Positions 17,045 to 24,309 of a DNA stretch of 24,309 nt are shown here, piece by piece; position 1 is the stretch's first letter; each line of letters opens with the position of its first letter. The DNA is from Alphaproteobacteria bacterium (GTDB lineage: Bacteria; Pseudomonadota; Alphaproteobacteria; ATCC43930; CGMCC-115725). Below the pieces are notes generated by a model. It did no database searches. It saw only the letters and a list, made by a program, of their open reading frames with translations, and had not been told where the DNA came from. Location of the stretch: assembly GCA_030039815.1 (NCBI GenBank), contig JASHUW010000516.1, positions 1-24,309 on the forward strand, read 5' to 3'. The position numbers and the translations under genes were made by a program.

Positions 17045-17758
17045 CTATTTCTTCTTGGGCGGCGCCGGTTTCTGGGCCGGGGCGGCCGCCTGAGCGGGAG
17101 CCGGTTGCACCGCAGCGCCCTGGTCGGGAGCGTTCGAGACGACTGGAGCCACGAAGTTCACGGTCATGGTCGGCATCTGCTCGTCGAGCTTCTGCAGAAC
17201 CTGATCGGTCACGTCGAACCCTTGATCGAACAACACTAGCTCGCTGCGCTGGAAGACCAAGTTGGCATGGCGCTCCTTGGCGATGTCGGTGATGATCTTG
17301 ACCATAACCTCTTGGATTTTCTGAAGCGCGTCAGCATTCGAGCGCTCGAGGGCCTGCCGCTTGGCCTGTACGTCGCGATCGAGCTCATTGACCTTGGCCT
17401 GGAATTCGCGGCCTTTCACATTGAGCTGCTCGGCGCTCAACGAGGCTTGCTGCTTTTGCAGATTGTCGCGCTCCTGACGCAGTACCTCTTCCTGATGCGA
17501 AATCTCCTTGGCGTACTCAGCGCGCTTTGCCTCGATCTGATCGCGCACCATCTTCGCGGCCTTGGCATTCTGCAGCAGAGCCTGGACGTCGACGACCATG
17601 ACCTGAAGGCTGGACGGCACTGCCGCCGGCTCAGCCGGCGTCGCGGGCGCGGGCTGAGCTGGTGGATTGGCCGGCTGTTGCGCCCAGGCGCCGCCGGCGC
17701 CGCAGCAGAGACCCATAACACAAGCCCACACCGCGGGCTTGGCGCGCATCAATCGCAT
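17045..17758 (-). CDS. skp: OmpH/Skp family periplasmic chaperone with Pro/Ala-rich N- and C-terminal extensions
   Basis: Signal peptide ending [13 protein letters not shown], long coiled coil, [18 protein letters not shown]; located between bamA and lpxD. ATG 17758 fits the GAGG spacing better than GTG 17761. Confidence 0.9.
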   Translation of the reverse strand: MRLMRAKPAVWACVMGLCCGAGGAWAQQPANPPAQPAPATPAEPAAVPSSLQVMVVDVQALLQNAKAAKMVRDQIEAKRAEYAKEISHQEEVLRQERDNLQKQQASLSAEQLNVKGREFQAKVNELDRDVQAKRQALERSNADALQKIQEVMVKIITDIAKERHANLVFQRSELVLFDQGFDVTDQVLQKLDEQMPTMTVNFVAPVVSNAPDQGAAVQPAPAQAAAPAQKPAPPKKK

Positions 17759-17786
17759 CACAACCTCATCGCAGAAAAAGCCGACA

Positions 17787-20459
17787 TTAGAACTTGGTAC
17801 CGAAGCTCACCCGGAAGAACTGCGTTTTGTCGAAGCTCTCGCGCTTGATCGGCAGTCCGAGATCGAGCCGCACAGGTCCGACCGGTGACGCCCATGATAC
17901 GCCGATGCCGGCGCTGACGCGCAAGGCGGGATTATCGGCGATCTGCGGTTGCTGGCCTGGAGCTAACCCCGCCGCAGCCAGCTGGGTGGGGGTCAAGACC
18001 AGGTTCTTTTGGTCGTTGCTCCACAGGGTACCAAAATCGGTCCAGACGCGGCCCGTGATTCCGAGCTCCTTGGGCAAGCCAAGCGGCACGCTCTCAGTCA
18101 CCGAGCCGACGTAGTACTTGTTGCCGCCGAGCGCGTCTTGCGAAATGACATCGCGCGGGCCGATGCCGGCCGGCGCGAAGCCCCGCAGGTTATCGCCACC
18201 GACAAAGAAGCGATCCTGCAAGAGCACAGCCTGACCGCCATAGCCGAAGATGTCGCCTGCCTCGCCGCTCACGTTCAGCACCCAACCCGGCGCCACGGGA
18301 TAATAGTAGCCGGCGGAAATCTTGTTGCGGATGTAGTCGACACCAAAACCGGCACCCGCAATGTCGTTGCCCAGCGAAGCGTACCAGCCGCTCGTCGGGT
18401 CCACCCGGTTATCGCGCCGGTCATAGAGCAGAACCTGACCGATTTCCGACGTCAGGTGCGTGCCTTGCTGCAGCGCAATGAACAGCGATGCATCGCTTTG
18501 CACGTCGGTGATGTCGTCCGACCGCGCGGTATACTTCAGCGTCTGCCGCAAATTTTCGGTCAGCTGATAACCGGCGCGCAGCGACCCGCCGTAGGAGAAC
18601 TGCTGGTAGGCCGGCGTCTCGCCAGAGAAGAACGACGCCGTTGGGCTCGTCTTGATCTCGAACAGGTCGAAGCCCGCCGCGACATTGGAGTCGAGGAAAT
18701 ACGGCTCGGTGAAGCTCAGGTCGACCTGTTGCGAGCGGAACGATACCGTGGTGCCGATCCGGATGTCCTGACCGCGCCCAAGGAAATTACGCTCGCGAAG
18801 CGTGATATCCGCGAGCGGGCCATCCGTCGTCGAGAACCCGACGCCCAACGACAGTTCGCCGGTCGATTGTTCCTCGACCTCGACCGTGACCACGGTCTTG
18901 TCGGGCGCCGAACCTTGCGACGTCGTCGTCTCGACCTTCTTGAAGAAGCCGAGATTTTTAATGCGCTCCTTAGAGCGCTGCAGCTTGTTGGTGTTGAACG
19001 CGTCGCCCTCGACGAGGCGCATCTCGCGACGGATCACCTTGTCGAGGGTGCGCACATTGCCGACGATATCGATGCGCTCGACATAGACCTCCGGTCCCTG
19101 CTGAACATCGAAGGTGATATCGATCGTGCGGGCATCGCGGTTGCGGGTGATCTGCGGCTTGACCTCGACAAACGCATAGCCGCGTGTACCCAGCGCATCA
19201 GTCAGAACCGAGATCGAATGCTCGACCGCATTGGCGTCATACCAATCGCCGCTATGCACCGTCAGTAGCGGCAGCACCTGCTCTTCGGGCAGACCCTTCA
19301 GCTTGATATTGACCCCGATGTTACCGAATTTGTAGCGCTCGCCTTCATCGACGGTGAAGGTGACGACGAAGCCGTCATGATCGGGGGTCAGCTCGGCGAT
19401 CGCGGAAACGACCCGGAAATCGGCGTAGCCCTGCGACAAATAGTATTTGCGCAAGAGCTCGCGGTCATAGGTGATGCGGTCCGGATCGTAGGTGTCGGAG
19501 TTCGACAGGAAGCGATACCAACGGCTCTCCTTGGTGTCGATAACGCCGCGCAGCGTGGAGTCGCTGAACGCCTTGTTGCCGACGAAATTGATGCTGCGCA
19601 CCCCGGTGGTCGGCCCTTCATTGATCGCGAAGACGAGATCGACCCGGTTCTCCGATAACTGGATCACTTGGGGTTCCACCGTGGCGGCGAACCGCTCATG
19701 GTGACGGTAGAGTTCAACGATGCGGCTCACATCGTTCTGCACCCGGGTGCGGGTGTAGACCGTGCGCGGCCGCTCCTGGATCTCGGCGGTGAGCTCCTTG
19801 TCGGTGAGCTTTGAGTTACCCTCGAAAGCGATGCGATTGATGATCGGGTTCTCGACCACCCGGACGACAAGCGCATTGCCCTGGCGGTCGAGCTTCACAT
19901 CGGCGAAGAGCCCGGTGGCATAGAGCGCCTTGAGCGAGGCATCGACACGGTCGGGGTCCCACGGATCGCCCTTCTGCAGGAGCAGATAGGAGCGCACCGT
20001 CTCGGGCTCGATCCGTTGCAGTCCTTCAATGCGGATGTCAGAGATGGTGCCGGTATTCGCCGGCGCCGAAACCGGGGTCGGCGCCGGTCGCGGCGGCACC
20101 GGCCGATGCACGACGACCGGGCGCTGGGCCGGATGCTGCTCGGCAGGCGGCGACGTCACGAGCGGCGCTTGGGCGGGAGGCGGCGACGGCGGTGGTGGAG
20201 CGACAAGCTGGCCCTGCGGGGGCGCTGGAGGCGGCGGTGTGACGAGTTGGCCCTGGGTGGCGGGCGGCGGGGACGGCGGCGGCGGCGCGACGAGCTGATC
20301 TTGCTGAGGCGCGGCCGGCGGCGTCGGTGGCGGGGGCGTCACCAGTTGCTGCGCAATGGCCGGTGCCAGCCACGCAGCCGCAAACCATGCGGCGGCAACC
20401 GGTGTCAGCCAACGCCTCTTCACCCGTCTATGCCGCACGACCCCCGCCCCAAGAAGCAT
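17787..20459 (-). CDS. bamA: Outer membrane protein assembly factor BamA with an N-terminal proline-rich repeat arm, up to 890 aa
   Basis: Five recognisable POTRA domains, barrel start STGELSLGVGF, LRGF lid-lock motif, C-terminal SFGTKF. The exact start codon is uncertain (ATG 20459 or a nearby GTG). Confidence 0.97.
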   Translation of the reverse strand: MLLGAGVVRHRRVKRRWLTPVAAAWFAAAWLAPAIAQQLVTPPPPTPPAAPQQDQLVAPPPPSPPPATQGQLVTPPPPAPPQGQLVAPPPPSPPPAQAPLVTSPPAEQHPAQRPVVVHRPVPPRPAPTPVSAPANTGTISDIRIEGLQRIEPETVRSYLLLQKGDPWDPDRVDASLKALYATGLFADVKLDRQGNALVVRVVENPIINRIAFEGNSKLTDKELTAEIQERPRTVYTRTRVQNDVSRIVELYRHHERFAATVEPQVIQLSENRVDLVFAINEGPTTGVRSINFVGNKAFSDSTLRGVIDTKESRWYRFLSNSDTYDPDRITYDRELLRKYYLSQGYADFRVVSAIAELTPDHDGFVVTFTVDEGERYKFGNIGVNIKLKGLPEEQVLPLLTVHSGDWYDANAVEHSISVLTDALGTRGYAFVEVKPQITRNRDARTIDITFDVQQGPEVYVERIDIVGNVRTLDKVIRREMRLVEGDAFNTNKLQRSKERIKNLGFFKKVETTTSQGSAPDKTVVTVEVEEQSTGELSLGVGFSTTDGPLADITLRERNFLGRGQDIRIGTTVSFRSQQVDLSFTEPYFLDSNVAAGFDLFEIKTSPTASFFSGETPAYQQFSYGGSLRAGYQLTENLRQTLKYTARSDDITDVQSDASLFIALQQGTHLTSEIGQVLLYDRRDNRVDPTSGWYASLGNDIAGAGFGVDYIRNKISAGYYYPVAPGWVLNVSGEAGDIFGYGGQAVLLQDRFFVGGDNLRGFAPAGIGPRDVISQDALGGNKYYVGSVTESVPLGLPKELGITGRVWTDFGTLWSNDQKNLVLTPTQLAAAGLAPGQQPQIADNPALRVSAGIGVSWASPVGPVRLDLGLPIKRESFDKTQFFRVSFGTKF
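20049..20351 (-). repeat. Intragenic low-complexity region of bamA with five copies of Q-x-(Q/P)-L-V-(T/A)-(P/S)-PP
   Basis: QQLVTPPPPTPPAAPQ / QDQLVAPPPPSPPPAT / QGQLVTPPPPAPP / QGQLVAPPPPSPPPA / QAPLVTSPPAE, followed by an R/P/V-rich spacer. Confidence 0.9.
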
Positions 20460-20506
20460 TTCTGTCCCGTGATCGACCCAAGCTTCAGGTCACGAGACCT
20501 TCGGAC

Positions 20507-21634
20507 TCAATGATGGAACAGATCGTTCCAGGTGGCATACACCATCAACGTCAACACCAAGGCCAACCCTATCCGAAAACCGTACTCCTGGGCGCGCTGA
20601 CCCAGCGGCTTCCCGCGGATTGCCTCAGCGGCATAGAACAGCAGGTGTCCTCCGTCAAGCACCGGCACCGGGAAGAGGTTGATCAATCCGAGATTTATCG
20701 ACAGCACCGACATGAACCAGAGCAGCGGCACAAGCCCGGTCTGAACAACCTCACCAGACATTTGTGCGATGCGCAACGGCCCGCCAAGTTCATCGCTGGA
20801 TCGAACCCCGATGACGATCTGCCACATGGCCTGCACGGTCGATGCCGACAAATTCCAGGTCTCGCCAAAGGCCTGCACCACAGCCGTCAGCGGGTCACGC
20901 CTTACATATTCGACCCCGTTCCGGCCGATGCCGAGCTGCCCGTATTCATGCACATTGCCGAAACGGTCCGGCTGACTGATCAGCGTCGGCGTCGCCGTCA
21001 ACGTCAGCAGCTTGCCGTCCCGCTTCACAACAATCGTCATCGGCTCACCCGGATCGAGGCGAACAATTTGCTGCACATCCTCGAACCGGTTGATCGTGTG
21101 GCCGTCAATCTTGACAATCGTGTCGCCCACTTTGAAACCAGCTTTGTCCGCGGCGCTGCCGGCCTGAACCTGACCGACCTCCGCTGGGGTGAACGGCTGG
21201 CCGTAAGTCGCGAAAAGCAGCGCCAGGACAACGATAGCGAAGACGAAATTCGCCAGCGGCCCACCGCCAACGATGGCCACCCGCTGAAGCAGACGCTTGT
21301 GGTGGAACGACACCTCCCGCTCCGCCGCCGTCAACTCGGCAAGTCCAGCCATCCCGAGCGTCGATGTGGGGTCGACGTCGCCGAACATCTTGACGTAACC
21401 GCCGAGCGGGATGGCGCTGAACTTCCAGCGCGTGCCGGCATTGTCGTGCCAGCCGAACAACTCGGGACCAAAGCCGATTGAGAACACCTCGATGCGCACG
21501 CCATTGCGGCGCGCAATCAAGTAGTGGCCCAGCTCGTGAACGAAGACGAGCACAGTCAGAACGACCAAAAACCCAAAGACCATCCACAAAATCTGCGATG
21601 GCCCGCCATGAAATAACGGTGCCAGGGAACTCAT
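20507..21634 (-). CDS. rseP: RIP metalloprotease RseP (M50 family, one PDZ), 375 aa
   Basis: VHELGH (HExxH), FSIGFGP, PLGGYVKM, GGPLANF, NLFPVPVLDGGH. Confidence 0.96.
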   Translation of the reverse strand: MSSLAPLFHGGPSQILWMVFGFLVVLTVLVFVHELGHYLIARRNGVRIEVFSIGFGPELFGWHDNAGTRWKFSAIPLGGYVKMFGDVDPTSTLGMAGLAELTAAEREVSFHHKRLLQRVAIVGGGPLANFVFAIVVLALLFATYGQPFTPAEVGQVQAGSAADKAGFKVGDTIVKIDGHTINRFEDVQQIVRLDPGEPMTIVVKRDGKLLTLTATPTLISQPDRFGNVHEYGQLGIGRNGVEYVRRDPLTAVVQAFGETWNLSASTVQAMWQIVIGVRSSDELGGPLRIAQMSGEVVQTGLVPLLWFMSVLSINLGLINLFPVPVLDGGHLLFYAAEAIRGKPLGQRAQEYGFRIGLALVLTLMVYATWNDLFHH

Positions 21635-22878
21635 GCGCGATCCGTGTCTGCGGCGGGATGATTTCGGGCGCGGTGCGCGGCCAGCTCGGCCGCCAGCGCC
21701 CGGGCTTCGCCATCTATATGGTAGACGTCGTCGAGAGAGCCAAGCGCGCCGACAGGCAAAGCGGCGAGCGTCTCCTCGACCACGGCAACGATGTCGAGGA
21801 ACCCAATGCGGCCTTCGATAAAAGCGTGCACCGCGGTCTCGTTGGCGGCGTTGAGCACGGTCGGCGCGCCACCGCCTTGAACCAGCGCCTCGCGCGCGAG
21901 GCGCAGCGCTGGGAAGCGTACCGGATCAGGTCGCTCAAACGTCAGACGCCCGACCGTGACAAGGTCGAGACGTTGCATCGGCGCTGCCGTGCGACATGGC
22001 CAGCCGAGCACATAGGCGATCGGCGTGCGCATATCGGGCGTGCCCATATGCGCCAGCACCGAGCCATCGTGGTAGGTGACGAGTCCGTGAATCACCGATT
22101 GCGGGTGGATCACCACATCGATCTGCTCCGACGGGAGGCGGAACAGATGGTGCGCCTCGATGATCTCCAGTCCCTTGTTCATCAAGGTCGCGGAGTCGAT
22201 CGAGATTTTCGCGCCCATGTTCCAGACGGGATGGGCGACCGCCTGTTTGAGCGTCGCTGCGCGCATCTCGTCGACGCTTTTCTCGCGGAACGGCCCGCCG
22301 CTGCAGGTCAGCGTGATCTTCTCGATACCCTCGACCCGCTCGAAGTCGAAGCATTGCCAGATGGCGTTGTGCTCGCTGTCGACCGGTAGCAGCGTTGCGC
22401 CGTGCGCCGCGACTTCCTGCATGAACAGGCCGCCGGCGCAAACCAGTGTCTCCTTGTTGGCGAAGGCGACGATCTTGCCGCGTCGCACCGCCGCCAGCGT
22501 CGAGGCGAGACCGGCGGCCCCGACGATTCCTGCCATGACCATGTCGGCCGGCCGCTCGGCAGCCTCGACCACGGCCTCCGCGCCGCACGCCACCTCGATG
22601 CCCGACCCGGAGAGCGCCTCCTTCAGCACCCCATATTCGGCCGGATCGGCAACAGCGGCGAAACTTGCGCCGAGCTGGCGGGCCTGCTCGGCGAGCGCCT
22701 TGGCGTTGCGGTTCGCGGTCACCGCCTCGACGGTGAAATCGCCAGGATTGCGCAGCAGCAGATCGACCGTGCTGCGGCCGACCGACCCGGTCGATCCCAG
22801 GACGGTAACGCGTCGCGGCGTTCCACGGGAATCGAGCGCCGCCGCGTCATCCGCGCGGCTCACGACGGTCAACGCCAT
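21631..22878 (-). CDS. dxr: 1-deoxy-D-xylulose-5-phosphate reductoisomerase, 415 aa
   Basis: LGSTGSVG, ANKE, LPVDSEHNAI, LTCSGGPFR, HPVWNMGAKISIDSATLMNKGLEIIEA, NAANE. Confidence 0.97.
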   Translation of the reverse strand: MALTVVSRADDAAALDSRGTPRRVTVLGSTGSVGRSTVDLLLRNPGDFTVEAVTANRNAKALAEQARQLGASFAAVADPAEYGVLKEALSGSGIEVACGAEAVVEAAERPADMVMAGIVGAAGLASTLAAVRRGKIVAFANKETLVCAGGLFMQEVAAHGATLLPVDSEHNAIWQCFDFERVEGIEKITLTCSGGPFREKSVDEMRAATLKQAVAHPVWNMGAKISIDSATLMNKGLEIIEAHHLFRLPSEQIDVVIHPQSVIHGLVTYHDGSVLAHMGTPDMRTPIAYVLGWPCRTAAPMQRLDLVTVGRLTFERPDPVRFPALRLAREALVQGGGAPTVLNAANETAVHAFIEGRIGFLDIVAVVEETLAALPVGALGSLDDVYHIDGEARALAAELAAHRARNHPAADTDRA

Positions 22879-23699
22879 GTCAGCACGCTTCCGCCGCCAA
22901 AAAGGGTCAGCAACGCCACTGCCGGGATCACTGCCAAGAGACCGTCGAGCCGGTCAAGCAGGCCACCGTGTCCGGGGATAAGGTTGCTCGCGTCTTTCAC
23001 GCCAAACCTTCGCTTGGCCACGGATTCCGCAAGATCGCCGAACTGCTCGACAATCGCAAGTCCTGCGCTGACCAGCACCAAAGGTAGCACCGGGCTCGCA
23101 CCCAGCACCCCAGCCATAGCCCATCCGGCGAGTGCCGCGCAGACGATGCCCCCCACAAGACCGGCCCAGGTCTTCCGCGGACTCCACTTGGGGGCCAGAA
23201 GCGGACCGCCAATTTGTCGGCCGATAGCAAAAGCGCCAATATCCGTCGCCCAGACCACCGCAAACATCCAGAACAGCGTGCCGCGGCTCGCGCTGTCACC
23301 CTTCGCGAGCCACAGCAGAATGACGCATGGCAGGGCTACCCATAGGCTGCCCGCAGCCAGCCACAACGGCGCGGCGACACGGTGGTGTTGGGCGATCTGC
23401 CAGACGACGAGCGCGCCGGTCAGCGCCAGAAGCACGCCGACCCCGATCCCCCACAGCGCTGCGGCGATAACGGCGGTGGCGATCGCCACGATCAGTGCCG
23501 GCGCGGCGGCGCCGCCACCGTCGCCGCCACACAGCCGACCCCATTCCCAGGCCATCACGATCGCGGCAAGAACGGTGAGGATCGACAAGAGCAGACCGCC
23601 AAACCAGATCGCAATGATCGGCAGCGGCGCGAGGACCAGCGCCGAGAAGACCCGCAGCCTCAGTGAGCCCGCCTCAGCGGGAGCCAACCGAGGCCCCAT
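22869..23699 (-). CDS. cdsA: Phosphatidate cytidylyltransferase, about 276 aa
   Basis: Multiple TM segments, WATDIGAF, SPRKTWAG, GDLAES..KRRFGVKDASNLIPGHGGLLDRLDG. Start uncertain; overlaps the uppS 3' end. Confidence 0.95.
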   Translation of the reverse strand: MGPRLAPAEAGSLRLRVFSALVLAPLPIIAIWFGGLLLSILTVLAAIVMAWEWGRLCGGDGGGAAAPALIVAIATAVIAAALWGIGVGVLLALTGALVVWQIAQHHRVAAPLWLAAGSLWVALPCVILLWLAKGDSASRGTLFWMFAVVWATDIGAFAIGRQIGGPLLAPKWSPRKTWAGLVGGIVCAALAGWAMAGVLGASPVLPLVLVSAGLAIVEQFGDLAESVAKRRFGVKDASNLIPGHGGLLDRLDGLLAVIPAVALLTLFGGGSVLTWR

Positions 23700-24309
23700 A
23701 GCGTCGCTCGCGACCGCCGTAGTCGGCGATCGCCTGTTCGAGGTCGGCGCGGCCGAAATCGGGCCACAGCGTCTTGGTGAAAACCAGCTCGGCGTAAGCG
23801 CATTGCCACAATAGGAAATTGCTGATGCGCTGCTCGCCGCTGGTGCGGATCAAGAGATCCGGGTCGGGTATGTCGGCGGTAAAGAGATGTCGGGCGAAAA
23901 CCGCCTCGTCAATCGCCTCCGGCGCCAGTTTGCCAGCCGCCGCCTTCCCGGCAAGCTCTCGCACCGCCGCGATGATTTCGGCGCGCCCACCGTAACTAAG
24001 TGCGATCGTCAAGTTCACGCCGGCATTGTCGCGGGTCAGCGCTTCAGCATTCTCGATCAGGGTGACGATATCCGGCGCCAGCCGGCAGCGTTCGCCGATG
24101 ACCCGCAGCCTTACGCCGTTCCGGTGCAGTTCGGCGATCTCGCCGCGCAGATAATGGCGCAGCAGGCCCATCAGATCGTCGACCTCGGCGAGCGGGCGCT
24201 TCCAATTCTCCGAGGAAAACCCGAACAGCGTGAGATACGGCACGCCCAACTCGGCGGCCGCGGTCAACGTACGCCGCACCGCCTCCGCGCCGCGCCGGTG
24301 CCCGGCAAT
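23674..24309 (-). CDS. uppS: Isoprenyl transferase / undecaprenyl diphosphate synthase, 5'-truncated by the window edge
   Basis: The frame stays open to 24309 (IAGHRRGAEAVRR...). Motifs LFGFSSENWKRP, ALSYGGR, PDPDLLIRTSGEQRISNFLLWQ, LWPDF, RERRYG. Confidence 0.96.
   Translation of the reverse strand: MAGHRRGAEAVRRTLTAAAELGVPYLTLFGFSSENWKRPLAEVDDLMGLLRHYLRGEIAELHRNGVRLRVIGERCRLAPDIVTLIENAEALTRDNAGVNLTIALSYGGRAEIIAAVRELAGKAAAGKLAPEAIDEAVFARHLFTADIPDPDLLIRTSGEQRISNFLLWQCAYAELVFTKTLWPDFGRADLEQAIADYGGRERRYGASVGSR

Noticed and set aside
20390-20459. Twin-arginine (Tat) signal on BamA (RHRRVKRRWL)
   Set aside because: It does not fit S/T-R-R-x-F-L-K, BamA is a Sec substrate, and the start codon is uncertain.
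1-24309. CRISPR array, tRNA/rRNA, integrase/transposase, prophage, toxin-antitoxin or defence genes
   Set aside because: None seen. The only repeats are two isolated REP-like palindromes and the intragenic bamA repeats, which lack a constant-repeat/unique-spacer structure.

Overview
High-GC alphaproteobacterial chromosome segment, probably Rhodospirillales-like. That placement is inferred from LpxI, the GAAC-N7-GAAC SOS box and gene order. The right half (12.2-24.3 kb, minus strand) is the conserved envelope/lipid A operon uppS(partial)-cdsA-dxr-rseP-bamA-skp-lpxD-fabZ-lpxA-lpxI-lpxB-gloA, converging on gltX-gltA. The left half is a looser mix: partial unknown gene, M20 peptidase, PBP1A-family enzyme, two-domain NIPSNAP protein, possible 60-aa protein, nucleoside hydrolase divergent from lexA, secreted alpha/beta hydrolase overlapping the lexA stop, and a DmdB/AlkK-like acyl-CoA ligase. 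I found no mobile element, CRISPR array, tRNA/rRNA, defence or phage gene. I cannot support a clearly new multi-gene system. The best leads are: (i) a 101-aa five-copy QxQLV(T/A)PPPP repeat arm in front of POTRA1 of BamA, with P/A-rich tails also on Skp; (ii) a lexA locus whose two SOS boxes may also control a divergent nucleoside hydrolase with a shortened specificity loop, plus an esterase/CoA-ligase pair where comEC often sits; (iii) an unusual CoA-binding loop and a palindromic operator at gltA; (iv) a small ORF containing a perfect hairpin. All family calls come from motif recognition by eye; no database search was run.
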